DNA of 64,000 nucleotides from an uncultured Atribacterota bacterium (GCA_964433635.1 CAYSSG010000001.1:30845-94844), one strand, 5' to 3'; positions 28,026-38,009 are shown, counted from the first letter of the stretch. The notes: generated by a model not told the origin, from the letters alone. Program-made: numbers and translations.

Positions 28026-29405
28026 TTGCATAATCCTAATATAAGGGCATTGATTTTAGAAATTCTCAATCGGGTAGAAAGAGAGCATGCGTATCTGAAT
28101 GTTCTCCTGCTGGATTATTTTAAGCAATATCATCTGAAAAATGAGGATAAAGGCCTGATTCAGGAATTAACCTATGGTGTTACCCGTTTAAGAAAAAAGT
28201 TAGATTGGATTATCGGTCAATTTCTGGAAGACAAAAACAGAAAAATACCCCAAACCGTTCAAAATATCCTGAGAATGGGTATTTATCAATCTCTTTATCT
28301 GGATAAGATACCAGATTATGCTGTCGTCAATGAATCAGTTGAATTGGGGAAAGATAGTCCTTATTCCGGTTACTCCAAACTGATCAATGCTCTTTTAAGG
28401 AATGTGATACGTCAGCGCGAGAACATTCGCTGGCCGGTAATGGAAAAAAATCCGGTAAAAGCGATTTCTGTCTTTTATTCTTATCCTGAATGGTTAGTTC
28501 AGAGATGGATACGTCGCTATGGCATAGATCTATGCATCAGGATTTGTCAGGCGGGTAATGCCAGGCCGAGCTTGACATTACGGGTGAATTCTCTTAAAAC
28601 AAGCATGGCAGAATTAAAGAAAAGTCTTTCTGAGTTAGAAGTTCCTTTTAAGGAGGGACAGTATGTTCCCGAAGAAGCCCTGATTGCAAAGGAGTTTACA
28701 GATTTCAGTCATTCCTCAGTCTTTCTGAAAGGCTGGTTTTCCATCCAGGATGAAAGTTCTATCCTGGCATCCGTCTTTCTGAATCCTTCTGCTGATGAAA
28801 CAATCATTGACATGTGCTGCGGACCAGGAGGCAAGACCATGCATATGGCACAATTGATGAAGAACCAGGGGAAAATTATTGCATTTGATAAAAATTCAAA
28901 AAAGCTTGAGATGGTCAGGGAGGAAGGAAAGAGACTGGGTATTGGAATTGTGGTCACGGTTCAGGATGATTCCAGCCGATTCCGTTCCGAGTATGAGGAA
29001 AAAGCTGATAAAATATTGATTGATGCTCCCTGTTCCGGTACCGGGGTTATCAGAAAGAAGCCTGATTTGAAATGGAAAAATTTCAGTAAAATTCAGTTAG
29101 AACAATTAAACCGGCTTCAGGAAGCGATAGTTTCTGTATCTGCCAGGTATCTCAAACCAGGAGGTGAAATGCTTTATTCCACCTGTAGTCTGGAGAAAGA
29201 AGAAAATGATGATGTCATCAGAAGATTTCTAGCCAAAAATACCTGTTTTTGTACTCAGGAAAGCTCATCACTTGTTCGAGGTAGAGGGATTATCCGTATT
29301 GATACGGACATTTCAGAGTCTATTCAGCTCCTTCCGGGTTATTCCGGAGAAGATGTAGATGGATTTTATATGGTGAAAATGAAAAAAATAGGCAGGATGG
29401 GGTAA
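28026..29405 (+). CDS. rsmB: 16S rRNA (cytosine967-C5)-methyltransferase
   Basis: NusB-like N-terminal domain. SAM-MTase motifs DMCCGPGGKT and DAPCSGTGV, and the catalytic TCS. Confidence 0.9.
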   Translation: MHNPNIRALILEILNRVEREHAYLNVLLLDYFKQYHLKNEDKGLIQELTYGVTRLRKKLDWIIGQFLEDKNRKIPQTVQNILRMGIYQSLYLDKIPDYAVVNESVELGKDSPYSGYSKLINALLRNVIRQRENIRWPVMEKNPVKAISVFYSYPEWLVQRWIRRYGIDLCIRICQAGNARPSLTLRVNSLKTSMAELKKSLSELEVPFKEGQYVPEEALIAKEFTDFSHSSVFLKGWFSIQDESSILASVFLNPSADETIIDMCCGPGGKTMHMAQLMKNQGKIIAFDKNSKKLEMVREEGKRLGIGIVVTVQDDSSRFRSEYEEKADKILIDAPCSGTGVIRKKPDLKWKNFSKIQLEQLNRLQEAIVSVSARYLKPGGEMLYSTCSLEKEENDDVIRRFLAKNTCFCTQESSSLVRGRGIIRIDTDISESIQLLPGYSGEDVDGFYMVKMKKIGRMG

Positions 29406-29944
29406 TGAATTTATTAGCAAAGATTTTAGGTTTATTCAGCCGCTCTATATTCTTTCTGATTGCGGTGTTATGTGCTGTCGCTCTGGGAGCATACCTTGCC
29501 TTTGTAACTTATCAGACTGTTTTTTATATTCCAAATGTACATGTCCCTCCCGTTGTAAACCTGGATTTGGACAGTGCCCAGGAACGATTACATCAGAATG
29601 GTTTGAAAATGAATGTGGTAAATGATTCTGAACTTCTCGAAGGGGAGCTTTTTTTTGTGGTCAGTCAAAAACCGCAAGCAGGGACTGAGATAAAGAAGAA
29701 CCGCACTGTGGAGGTTGAGATCGGGGGAGACACCGTCAGGCAGAAGATTCCTGATCTGGTCGGAAGAACGATTCAGGAAGCAGAAAACCTTCTTTCTGAA
29801 TATGGTTATAGAATAGGAAATATTGCGTATACAGCACATCCCCAATTTCCTGAGGGAAGAATTATTGCCCAGACACCAGAACCGGGAGAAAATACTTCTA
29901 CAAACGGGGACATTAATATCCTGGTCAGTAAAGGTTTGTATTAG
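29405..29944 (+). CDS. Membrane-anchored protein with two PASTA repeats and no kinase or transpeptidase domain
   Basis: One N-terminal TM helix, then two ~65-aa PASTA-like repeats (VPPVVNLDLDSAQERL... and IPDLVGRTIQEAENLL...). Only 179 aa in total. Confidence 0.75.
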   Translation: MNLLAKILGLFSRSIFFLIAVLCAVALGAYLAFVTYQTVFYIPNVHVPPVVNLDLDSAQERLHQNGLKMNVVNDSELLEGELFFVVSQKPQAGTEIKKNRTVEVEIGGDTVRQKIPDLVGRTIQEAENLLSEYGYRIGNIAYTAHPQFPEGRIIAQTPEPGENTSTNGDINILVSKGLY

Positions 29945-29981
29945 GTAAACAGGGATTTATTACCAACAGGTTCATAAAATC

Positions 29982-31109
29982 ATGGAAGAACAGAAATTAA
30001 AGTACTGGTTAGCCTGGAATAAGGTGAGAGAAATCGGTCCGGTTCGTTTCTCCTATCTGCTCACTGCTTTTTCGTCCCTTGAAGAAGCCTGGCTCAATCA
30101 AACAGGATCAAAATATATCATGGAAAAATTACATATCGGGGAGAATACCTGGCAAAAAATTGAACAGGAAAAGAAGAGAATTAATCCGGACGATGAGCTG
30201 GCCTTATTAAAAAAGATGAAGATCAATGTCATTACGATAAAGGAAGAGGGCTATCCCGCCATGTTAAAGAATATCTATGACCCTCCGCCAATTCTCTATT
30301 ACCAGGGTGACTTTATTAACCTTATGAATCAGAAGAAGGGTATTGCAATTGTTGGTTCCCGGAGAGCAACCTATTATGGCCGAAAGGTTGCCCGGGACAT
30401 TGCTGCTGAATTATCCCTTCGCGGTTATATCATTATAAGCGGCCTGGCCAGAGGCATTGATACCCATGCTCATATGGGATCGCTGGAAGCAGGAGGTTTC
30501 ACGATCGCTGTGCTGGGTTGTGGAATGGATAGAATTTACCCCTCAGAAAACAGATTGCTTGCTGAAAGCATTATTAAAAAGGGTGCACTGATCTCAGAAT
30601 TTCCAATACATTCCAAACCGGAAAAGAGTAATTTTCCCAGAAGAAATAGAATTATCAGCGGTTTAACCATAGGTACCTTAGTCGTTGAGGCCTCTGAAAA
30701 GAGTGGCGCCCTTATTACGGCTGATTTTGCCCTTGATCAGGGAAGAGAAGTATTTGCTGTACCCGGAAGTATTTATTCTTTTTTTTCAACAGGTTGTCAT
30801 AATCTCATCAAGCAGGGTGCCAAGCTGGTGAATCGTGCCGGGGATATTCTTGAAGAGTTTGAAAGCCAAGACGGTAATCACATCAATTCAGATGAACCGG
30901 AAAGAGGATATCTGTGTAAAGGAACTCCTGATAATTTAACAGATGATGAAAAGAATTTCCTGGAATATATTTCCATTGAACCTTTACACATTGACGAAAT
31001 TGCCCATTTAACAGCTTGTTCGCATTCCCGGGTCAGTGAAATACTCTTATCTCTTGAACTTAAAAATCAAATCAGAGAGATTGAGGGAAAGAGATATATC
31101 AGAATATAA
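29982..31109 (+). CDS. dprA: DNA-processing protein DprA (Smf)
   Basis: Rossmann-like core IVGSRRATYYG...SGLARGIDTHAH...FPRRNRIISG. C-terminal winged-helix-like extension. Confidence 0.92.
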   Translation: MEEQKLKYWLAWNKVREIGPVRFSYLLTAFSSLEEAWLNQTGSKYIMEKLHIGENTWQKIEQEKKRINPDDELALLKKMKINVITIKEEGYPAMLKNIYDPPPILYYQGDFINLMNQKKGIAIVGSRRATYYGRKVARDIAAELSLRGYIIISGLARGIDTHAHMGSLEAGGFTIAVLGCGMDRIYPSENRLLAESIIKKGALISEFPIHSKPEKSNFPRRNRIISGLTIGTLVVEASEKSGALITADFALDQGREVFAVPGSIYSFFSTGCHNLIKQGAKLVNRAGDILEEFESQDGNHINSDEPERGYLCKGTPDNLTDDEKNFLEYISIEPLHIDEIAHLTACSHSRVSEILLSLELKNQIREIEGKRYIRI

Positions 31110-31189
31110 GGATGTCTTTTGGTTAAGATCATCTTTCTGTGACCATCTTTTAAATCCAGACAAAAATTGTTTTATTTTACCAGATTTAG

Positions 31190-31218
31190 TTGCTAGAATA
31201 TTTATGCTCCTGTATAAT
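31190..31218 (+). promoter_or_regulatory. Sigma-70-type promoter: TTGCTA - 17 nt - TATAAT (tRNA-Pro)
   Basis: -35 at 31190-31195 and -10 at 31213-31218. The tRNA 5' end lies 23 nt downstream of the -10. Confidence 0.65.
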
Positions 31219-31240
31219 AGGTTTGTATCATTAACTACGT

Positions 31241-31318
<78 letters not shown>

Positions 31319-31346
31319 CAGTTTAGAATGAATCCGGGGAAAATGA

Positions 31347-32564
31347 TTGAGAAAGGGAAACTTAATTTGTACAGGTTGCCATAAGCAATATCCACTGGAA
31401 AGATTGTTCCCTCGCTGTGATGATTGTTTGGAACCACTGGAAGTTCAGATTTCTGCTGACGAAAAAAAGGAACAGAAGACTGCATCCCAGGATGATATCT
31501 TAGAGCGATACGCTTCCTTTTATCCGCTGCTTCAGGTAAACCATCAGTTTTCCCTGAAGGAAGGTTTTACTCCGTTAACTCAGGCGAATTCTTTATCATA
31601 CCAATTAGGTTTTGACTGCATCTATCTGAAAAATGAAACAGTAAATCCAACCTGGTCATTTAAGGATCGGGGAACCTTTGTTTCTTTGCAGCATGCTGTC
31701 AGTCTGGGTTATCGTAGCGTGGGAACTGTATCCAGCGGCAATATGGCAGTCTCTGTGGCTGCCTACGGCGCACGGGCAAATATAAAAACATTTATTATCG
31801 TTTCTTCTGAAATGCCACTGGAAAAAGTGCAGCCAATTTTAATCTACAATCCGATTCTTATCCAGGTTCAGGGGGATTATGGCCAGCTCTACTATGAAAG
31901 TTTAAGAATTGGAAATGAGTTGGGAATCTATTTTTTAAATTCTGATGTTCCCTTCCGGGTGGAAGGTTCAAAGAGCATTGCCTTTGAAATTTGTGAGCAG
32001 CTGGCGTATCATGTACCTGAATATGTTGTCATTCCCACCAGTTCCGGGGGGAATGCGAGGGGTATTCTGAAGGGATTTTTAGAATTCTTCAGACAGGGAT
32101 TTATTGATCGATTGCCAAAAATCATCTGTGTTCAGTTAGAGGGATGTGCTCCAATTTTTCAAGCGTGGAGTAATGGTCATGAGAAGATTTCTCCGATCCC
32201 GAATCCCCAGGCAATTGATCATGCCATTGCTAATCCCTTTCCACCCAGTGGCAATGAGCTGCTGAGAAAATTAAGGTTGCATGGTGGAATGGTTGTGACT
32301 GTTACTGATCAGGAGGCTCTTGCATCACAGCTTCTATTGGCCAGAGAAGGAATATTTGCACAACCTGCTGCTGCTGTTTCAATTGCTGCACTGAAAAAAT
32401 TGAGGATTCAGGGAATCTTAAATCAAAAAGATCGATGTGTTGCTATCATTACCGGCTCGGGTTTAAAATATACCGGTATACTGACAAAACATCATTTTCA
32501 GAATGGGATAACCTGTTCTCTGAAAGGTATAAAAGAGGCGATTGCTTCCGAATTAGAAAAATGA
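31347..32564 (+). CDS. thrC: Threonine synthase-like PLP-dependent enzyme with N-terminal Zn ribbon
   Basis: TTG start. CTGC...CDDC ribbon, PLP-lysine motif NPTWSFKDRG and glycine-rich loop SSGGNARG. Confidence 0.8.
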   Translation: MRKGNLICTGCHKQYPLERLFPRCDDCLEPLEVQISADEKKEQKTASQDDILERYASFYPLLQVNHQFSLKEGFTPLTQANSLSYQLGFDCIYLKNETVNPTWSFKDRGTFVSLQHAVSLGYRSVGTVSSGNMAVSVAAYGARANIKTFIIVSSEMPLEKVQPILIYNPILIQVQGDYGQLYYESLRIGNELGIYFLNSDVPFRVEGSKSIAFEICEQLAYHVPEYVVIPTSSGGNARGILKGFLEFFRQGFIDRLPKIICVQLEGCAPIFQAWSNGHEKISPIPNPQAIDHAIANPFPPSGNELLRKLRLHGGMVVTVTDQEALASQLLLAREGIFAQPAAAVSIAALKKLRIQGILNQKDRCVAIITGSGLKYTGILTKHHFQNGITCSLKGIKEAIASELEK

Positions 32565-32673
32565 CCTTTCCAAATCAATTTCGGCATCATTAACCAAATC
32601 GTTTTTGCAGGAAGTTTTTCAATGAATGAGAAGATGTCCCACAGATTGATCATAAAGAAGGTAAGGCAGAAGA

Positions 32674-34077
32674 ATGAATAAAGATTATGATGTTATTATT
32701 GTTGGCGCAGGACCAGCAGGTATCTTTGCCGCTCTGGAATTATTAAAGAATAATCATAATAAACTGAAGATTATCATTCTGGAAAAAGGCAAAGATATCA
32801 CAAAAAGAAAATGTCCTATGAGAGAAAAAAATATATCCTGCCAGCATTGCAGTCCCTGTTCGCTCTTGTCCGGCTGGGGCGGGGGAGGAGCATTCAGTGA
32901 TGGAAAGCTGAATCTGACCAGTCATATCGGTGGGCATCTCTCTGAATATTTGAATGAAGATGAACTGGACAGGCTCATAGAATATGTTGACAATATTTAC
33001 CTTCAATTTGGTGCCAATGAAAATATCTATGGCACCGATCAGGATGTAATTGATCGCATCAAAAGAGATGCTGCAAAGGCAAATTTACAATTCATACCTG
33101 CTCGGATTCGGCATCTGGGAACCGAAAAATGCTTTACCATCTTGAAAAAGTTATTTGATTATCTTAAAGACAAGATTGAGATTAGGACTGATATTGAGGT
33201 TGATAGAATAGTCGAGGAAGATAATCAGGTTGCAGGCATTATTACTTCTAACGGTGAGTTGCTTCATAGCAGGTTTGTTATCCTGTCCCCGGGCAGAGTA
33301 GGGGCTGAATGGCTGAAAAAGCAGGCTCTGGCATTAGCGCTACAGGTTTTTCGCAATCCGGTTGATGTAGGGGTGAGGGTGGAGCTCCCGGCAGTGATCT
33401 TAGAGCATTTGACTTATGCCATATATGAATCAAAATTAGTGTATTATACCACATTGTTTGATGATAAAGTTCGGACTTTCTGTATGTGTCCCCACGGAGA
33501 AGTTGTCATGGAATACAATGACGGTATTACTACCGTAAACGGCCATAGTTACAGAGATAAGAAGACCGATAACTCTAACTTTGCCTTACTTGTCAGCACT
33601 ACCTTTACCGAACCTTTCAAGGAACCTATTTCGTATGGGAAATATATTGCCAATTTAGCCAATATTTTAAGTGGCGGGGTGATTATCCAGCGTTTGGGTG
33701 ACTTAATCTCAGGCAGAAGATCAACGGCGGACCGGATAAAACATTCTATCGTCATACCAACACTGAAAAGTGCTACACCGGGAGATCTGAGTTTTGTTTT
33801 GCCCTACAGAATTCTCAGTGATATTATTGAGATGTTAAAGGTGTTGGATAGAATAGCTCCTGGTGTTTATTGTGATCAGACCTTACTGTATGGAGCGGAA
33901 GTAAAGTTTTATTCAGTCAGGTTGGCATTATCCCAGCATCTCGAAACCAGGATACGAAACCTTTTTGCCATCGGTGACGGGGCGGGTATCACCAGAGGCC
34001 TTATACAGGCATCCGTATCCGGAGTGATTGTGGCCGGGGAGATTAAAGATAGAACAGGATTGTACAATCGGGTGTAA
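32674..34077 (+). CDS. FAD-dependent dehydrogenase (COG2509-like, uncharacterised)
   Basis: IIVGAGPAGIFAA dinucleotide fold and C-terminal GDGAG. The length and Cys cluster CPMREKNISCQHCSPC are typical of this family. Confidence 0.7.
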   Translation: MNKDYDVIIVGAGPAGIFAALELLKNNHNKLKIIILEKGKDITKRKCPMREKNISCQHCSPCSLLSGWGGGGAFSDGKLNLTSHIGGHLSEYLNEDELDRLIEYVDNIYLQFGANENIYGTDQDVIDRIKRDAAKANLQFIPARIRHLGTEKCFTILKKLFDYLKDKIEIRTDIEVDRIVEEDNQVAGIITSNGELLHSRFVILSPGRVGAEWLKKQALALALQVFRNPVDVGVRVELPAVILEHLTYAIYESKLVYYTTLFDDKVRTFCMCPHGEVVMEYNDGITTVNGHSYRDKKTDNSNFALLVSTTFTEPFKEPISYGKYIANLANILSGGVIIQRLGDLISGRRSTADRIKHSIVIPTLKSATPGDLSFVLPYRILSDIIEMLKVLDRIAPGVYCDQTLLYGAEVKFYSVRLALSQHLETRIRNLFAIGDGAGITRGLIQASVSGVIVAGEIKDRTGLYNRV

Positions 34078-34117
34078 AAGCAGATGGCAGTCCTTAACGA
34101 ACAGGTAACTATTTCAT

Positions 34118-34330
34118 ATGGACGAACAGATTATATTATTGCTGATGATGGTATTGGTTATCATTGTCCTGTCAAGACTGATTGCCGGAATGATGAAATC
34201 GGGTAATGAAAAATACAAAATACCTATTTTTTATGGAAGGATATTACTTGGATTTGCTCTGGCAATGCTCTTTTATATGATTTATTTGATGTTAAAGGGA
34301 GTGAATATTGTCAGTAAATTCTTCGGATGA
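34118..34330 (+). CDS. Hypothetical small membrane protein (two predicted TM helices)
   Basis: ORF only. The hydrophobic profile is plausible, but there is no convincing SD. Confidence 0.3.
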   Translation: MDEQIILLLMMVLVIIVLSRLIAGMMKSGNEKYKIPIFYGRILLGFALAMLFYMIYLMLKGVNIVSKFFG

Positions 34331-34375
34331 GATTGTGGCAGATAGATCTGTGGAGGGAAAGAATGTTTGAGAAGG

Positions 34376-34448
34376 AGCGGGAAACGGGGTTTGAACCCGC
34401 GACCTTCGGCTTGGGAAGCCAACGCTCTACCAACTGAGCTATTCCCGC
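34376..34448 (-). tRNA. tRNA-Gly (anticodon CCC)
   Basis: Hand-folded on the minus strand. Acceptor GCGGGAA/TTCCCGC, D-arm GCTC-AGTTGGTA-GAGC, anticodon stem TTGGC/GCCGA, loop TT-CCC-AA, T-arm GCGGG-TTCAAAC-CCCGT, discriminator U. CCA is not fully encoded. Confidence 0.9.
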
Positions 34449-34468
34449 CAGCATATTGATTAAACCAT

Positions 34469-34497
34469 ATTATATATGAAAATCATTGGATTTTCAA
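34469..34497 (-). promoter_or_regulatory. Sigma-70-type promoter: TTGAAA - 17 nt - TATAAT (tRNA-Gly, minus strand)
   Basis: On the minus strand, -35 is at 34497-34492 and -10 at 34474-34469. The tRNA 5' end (34448) lies 20 nt downstream of the -10. Confidence 0.65.
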
Positions 34498-34547
34498 TGA
34501 TTCTGAAGATTAAATGACATATCTAGACTGACCAGAAGGAGAAACCA

Positions 34548-35930
34548 GTGTATCAGCGAAATTACTATCAAAACAAACAATCAGCTTCAGGGAGGAGAGT
34601 TCCTAAAAAAATTCTATTATCTCTGTTCGCAATCTTCCTGGTATTTATTTTATTTTACTCTGTTGATATGTTTATCTACAGAGGAAAGATTTATCCCAAT
34701 ATTTTAGCAATGAGCCAGGACATTGGCAGGAAGAATCCGGAACAGGCAAGACAGCAGCTGCAGCCTGTTGCTGAAAGGATGATTTCAAGATCCATTGTTA
34801 TCAAGCACGAGAATCAGGAGATCAATGTCATTCCCAGCAAGGATCTTGGCGCTTCTATTGATGTTGAAGCATTAGTCCAAAAAGCCTATTCCATTGCCAG
34901 AAATGGAAATTTATGGAATCGATTAAGAGATAGATCCAATTTATTCAGAAAGGAATACCAGCTTTCGGATTTTCTGTTTTTCAATAAAACCAGTTTCGAG
35001 GATTTTAATTCAAACCTTCAATCTCAATTCGAACAGGTTCCCGAAAATGCGGTACTGGATTCAGGCAGGATTATACCTGCCAGGATAGGCCTTACCATTG
35101 ACCGTCAGGAATTATTGTTCAATATTCACCAGAATATGATTGACTCGGTAAATACAGATCGTTCTCAGGTGATACAGGTGCCTGTCCAACTGCATCAGCC
35201 GGAGGTAACCACCAGTGAATTACTGGCACAGATAGGCGTTAAGCAACCTATCAGCACTTACGAAACCTCCCTCCGGGATAAAGAGGAGAACACGCTCTAT
35301 AATATTCAAAAGGCTGCCCATCAGATAAATGGCATTCTGTTAAAGCCCGGAGAGGATTTTTCCTTTAATCGTTTAATCGGAACAGCAGATCAGGAAGATG
35401 GTTATAAAAAGAGCACCATTATTGCTAATGGTCAATTTGTCAGTGGATATGGCGGTGGTGTCTGCCAGGTTTCCACAACGCTTTATAACGCTGCTTTATT
35501 AGCTAATCTTGAGATTATTGAAAGATATAACCATTCGATATACGGAGACGCTACAAATTATGTTCCACTGGGCAGGGATGCTGCTATCTTTTACGGATAC
35601 AAGGACCTGAAATTCAGAAATTCACTGGAGCAGCAGATTGCTATTTTCTGCGAGATGAAGCAAGATGATTTAGTAGTCACAATGATGGGAGAAAGATCTC
35701 TGGATAAGGTCATCAAAATCATTTCTCAGGACGAGAAGGTTCATGATTATGATGTGATTGAAATGAAAGACGAGAACGGCACAAATTCGACAAATAAGGT
35801 ACTGCAGGAAGGAATTCCCGGTTACAGTATCAAGACCTATCGGGTGATCGTTGATTCGGACGGTGAAAAGATAGAGTTTCTTTCAAATGATCTGTATGCC
35901 AGTGTTCCCAGAAAGGTTGTAGTAGATTAA
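34548..35930 (+). CDS. VanW family protein (N-terminal TM, VanW domain, C-terminal G5-like domain)
   Basis: GTG start after AGGAG. The GGGVCQVSTTLYNAALLANL motif is diagnostic of VanW. Confidence 0.8.
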   Translation: MYQRNYYQNKQSASGRRVPKKILLSLFAIFLVFILFYSVDMFIYRGKIYPNILAMSQDIGRKNPEQARQQLQPVAERMISRSIVIKHENQEINVIPSKDLGASIDVEALVQKAYSIARNGNLWNRLRDRSNLFRKEYQLSDFLFFNKTSFEDFNSNLQSQFEQVPENAVLDSGRIIPARIGLTIDRQELLFNIHQNMIDSVNTDRSQVIQVPVQLHQPEVTTSELLAQIGVKQPISTYETSLRDKEENTLYNIQKAAHQINGILLKPGEDFSFNRLIGTADQEDGYKKSTIIANGQFVSGYGGGVCQVSTTLYNAALLANLEIIERYNHSIYGDATNYVPLGRDAAIFYGYKDLKFRNSLEQQIAIFCEMKQDDLVVTMMGERSLDKVIKIISQDEKVHDYDVIEMKDENGTNSTNKVLQEGIPGYSIKTYRVIVDSDGEKIEFLSNDLYASVPRKVVVD

Positions 35931-35961
35931 TTCTATTCACATTGATTAAGGAGTTCTGCAA

Positions 35962-36771
35962 TTGATTCAAGATCACCATACTTCTGCCAATAAGATTTGT
36001 CTCATACTTATTGTTATTGGTTTTATCTGGATCACAGCAACCTGTCTTTCAATATTTCCGGTTTACGCCGGAGAATTAACCCTTAATACGGAAAAGATTC
36101 TCTGCGAGGGAACAAAATATCAGACCGTAGCTTATTTTTTTGATTCTCAACAGGAAGGTCCTACTGTCATGATGATGGCGGGTGTCCACGGTAATGAATT
36201 TGCTGGTACCAAGGCACTAGAGAATTTCATGGAAAATATAGATCTTAAAAGGGGAGCAATTATCATTATCCCTGAAGCGAATCAAGAAGCGTGCAGAAAT
36301 AAAGTGCGTTCTATTAACCAGGGGCAAGATTTAAACCGGATGTTTCCCGGTGATTCTGAATCCCAGGGAATGGAAAGACTTGCAGGTGAGATTTTTGAAA
36401 TCATGGAAGAGTGGGAAGTTGATTTTCTGTTAGATCTGCATGAGTCAGTTGATTATTATGAGAAAAATCCGGCTCATTTCGGGCAGACGATTATCCTGGA
36501 TTATAATCATTTGTATCTCAGTAAGATTGGTAAATACCTGAGAGATCAATTAAACAGTAAGGTTGTGAATCCGGAAAATGTTTTTAAAATAATCATTCAT
36601 CCGATTAAAGGAAGCAGCACCTATGAAGCTGATGGTCGGTATGAAATACCCGGGATTACATTTGAAACATGCTCCAGAATACAACTGAGTCAAAGAGTTT
36701 CTTTTCACCAGGATTGTATTGAGAATGTACTTTTGTATTTTGATATGATGCCATCATTATGTGCCAAGTAA
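35962..36771 (+). CDS. Zinc carboxypeptidase-fold protein, succinylglutamate desuccinylase/aspartoacylase (AstE/AspA, M14-like) family
   Basis: TTG start and an N-terminal TM/signal segment. Zn ligand motifs GVHGNEFAG and LDLHES. Confidence 0.65.
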   Translation: MIQDHHTSANKICLILIVIGFIWITATCLSIFPVYAGELTLNTEKILCEGTKYQTVAYFFDSQQEGPTVMMMAGVHGNEFAGTKALENFMENIDLKRGAIIIIPEANQEACRNKVRSINQGQDLNRMFPGDSESQGMERLAGEIFEIMEEWEVDFLLDLHESVDYYEKNPAHFGQTIILDYNHLYLSKIGKYLRDQLNSKVVNPENVFKIIIHPIKGSSTYEADGRYEIPGITFETCSRIQLSQRVSFHQDCIENVLLYFDMMPSLCAK

Positions 36772-36882
36772 TTGATGAAGTCTGATTGATGCAGCATCAG
36801 TCCGGTACCAAGAGCGGCAAGAATTTCTTTCGCTCTGAACCTGCTATTCCGGCAGATCGTCCGGCAATTGAAAGGGTAATCA

Positions 36883-36920
36883 GAAGAAGACCTTGTTGAT
36901 TAATCAACAAGGTCTTCTTC
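36883..36920. terminator. Perfect 38-nt palindrome (19+19) between convergent genes; candidate bidirectional terminator
   Basis: GAAGAAGACCTTGTTGATT / AATCAACAAGGTCTTCTTC, perfectly self-complementary. Its right half encodes the last residues (EEDLVD) and the stop of the minus-strand PPIase gene. Confidence 0.5.
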
Positions 36921-38009
36921 ATCAGGTTCGGTTTCAGATATGGTTTCTTCTTCCTGGTGAATTTCAGGGGAGGATTCATCTTCTTCCGAAACATCCGGGC
37001 TTTGAATCTGCTGTGCTGTTTCTAATTCTGAAGTGAAATCATAGTGAATATTTACATCAGCATCCTCCCGGAGCCGGGTTAATAGAGATTCCAGGGCTTC
37101 ATTCTGTTTCCTGGAGGTCAGGATATTTTCGATATTTCCTCTTGCTTCTTCAAAAGTCATCTGATGTTCCTGTTGGATATCATCACTCAGAATGATATGG
37201 TAACCGAATTCAGTCTTCACAATATCGCTTATTTCGCCTGCTTCTAAAGAAAAAGCAGCTTCTTCGAACTCCTTCACCATCTGGCCCCTGGTAAAGTAGC
37301 CCAGGTCACCGCCCTGTTCAGAAGACGGACAGATAGATTTTTCCCTTGCTAAACTGTCAAAATCCGCTATGCCATCTTTCAACTGATTTAATATTATTGC
37401 AGCTTCTTCCTGGCTTTCCACCAGAATGTGTCTGGCTTTTACTCTTTCCGGCTGGAAAAAAGATTCCTTATTCTCTTCATAATATTGATTGATTTCTTCT
37501 TCACTCATTTCAATCTTTTCATATTCCTGTCCGATAGCCTTTTCAATCATCAGTTGATTGTTGATACTGCCTTTTAATTGATTGACCGTCAGATTATTTC
37601 TTTTTAATGCTTCATTAAAAGCCACCTCGGAATCGAAAGTGGCTTTCACTTTGTCGATTTCAGTATTCACTTCATCGGCTGGAACCAGGATCTTTTGTTC
37701 TTCAGCATACTGATATAAGAGCGTTGAATTAATCAATTGCTGGGTAACATTATTTTTAATGGCTGCCAGCGTTTCATCAGGCATACTGGATAGCGTTTGG
37801 TTATCATAACGGGAAATCATGTTTGTAAAAGCATTCTGCCATTGTTGATAGCTGATTCCGGTATGATTAACCTCTGCAATCAGGTTTCCAACGTTTTGGG
37901 AACGGGAACCGGAGGATCTATATTGGCCGAGACCATAAAAGACAGATATGACAAAAGCAACCACAATCACCAGAAGAATGGGCTTTAAATTCTTTCGAAT
38001 AAATTGCAT
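36900..38009 (-). CDS. Parvulin-type peptidyl-prolyl cis-trans isomerase (PrsA/SurA-like) with N-terminal TM and acidic C-terminal tail
   Basis: SurA-N-like chaperone region and a parvulin domain (...ARHILV...GGDLGYF...FGYHIILS). Confidence 0.85.
   Translation of the reverse strand: MQFIRKNLKPILLVIVVAFVISVFYGLGQYRSSGSRSQNVGNLIAEVNHTGISYQQWQNAFTNMISRYDNQTLSSMPDETLAAIKNNVTQQLINSTLLYQYAEEQKILVPADEVNTEIDKVKATFDSEVAFNEALKRNNLTVNQLKGSINNQLMIEKAIGQEYEKIEMSEEEINQYYEENKESFFQPERVKARHILVESQEEAAIILNQLKDGIADFDSLAREKSICPSSEQGGDLGYFTRGQMVKEFEEAAFSLEAGEISDIVKTEFGYHIILSDDIQQEHQMTFEEARGNIENILTSRKQNEALESLLTRLREDADVNIHYDFTSELETAQQIQSPDVSEEDESSPEIHQEEETISETEPDEEDLVD

Noticed and set aside
34481-34502. An inverted repeat AATCATTG ... 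CAATGATT overlapping the -35 of the tRNA-Gly promoter.
   Set aside because: It is short (8 bp) and AT-rich, so it is expected by chance in this composition. There is no supporting context.
36797-36994. A 65-aa minus-strand ORF overlapping the PPIase 3' end.
   Set aside because: It lies in a different frame from the well-supported PPIase gene and runs across the palindrome. It is spurious.
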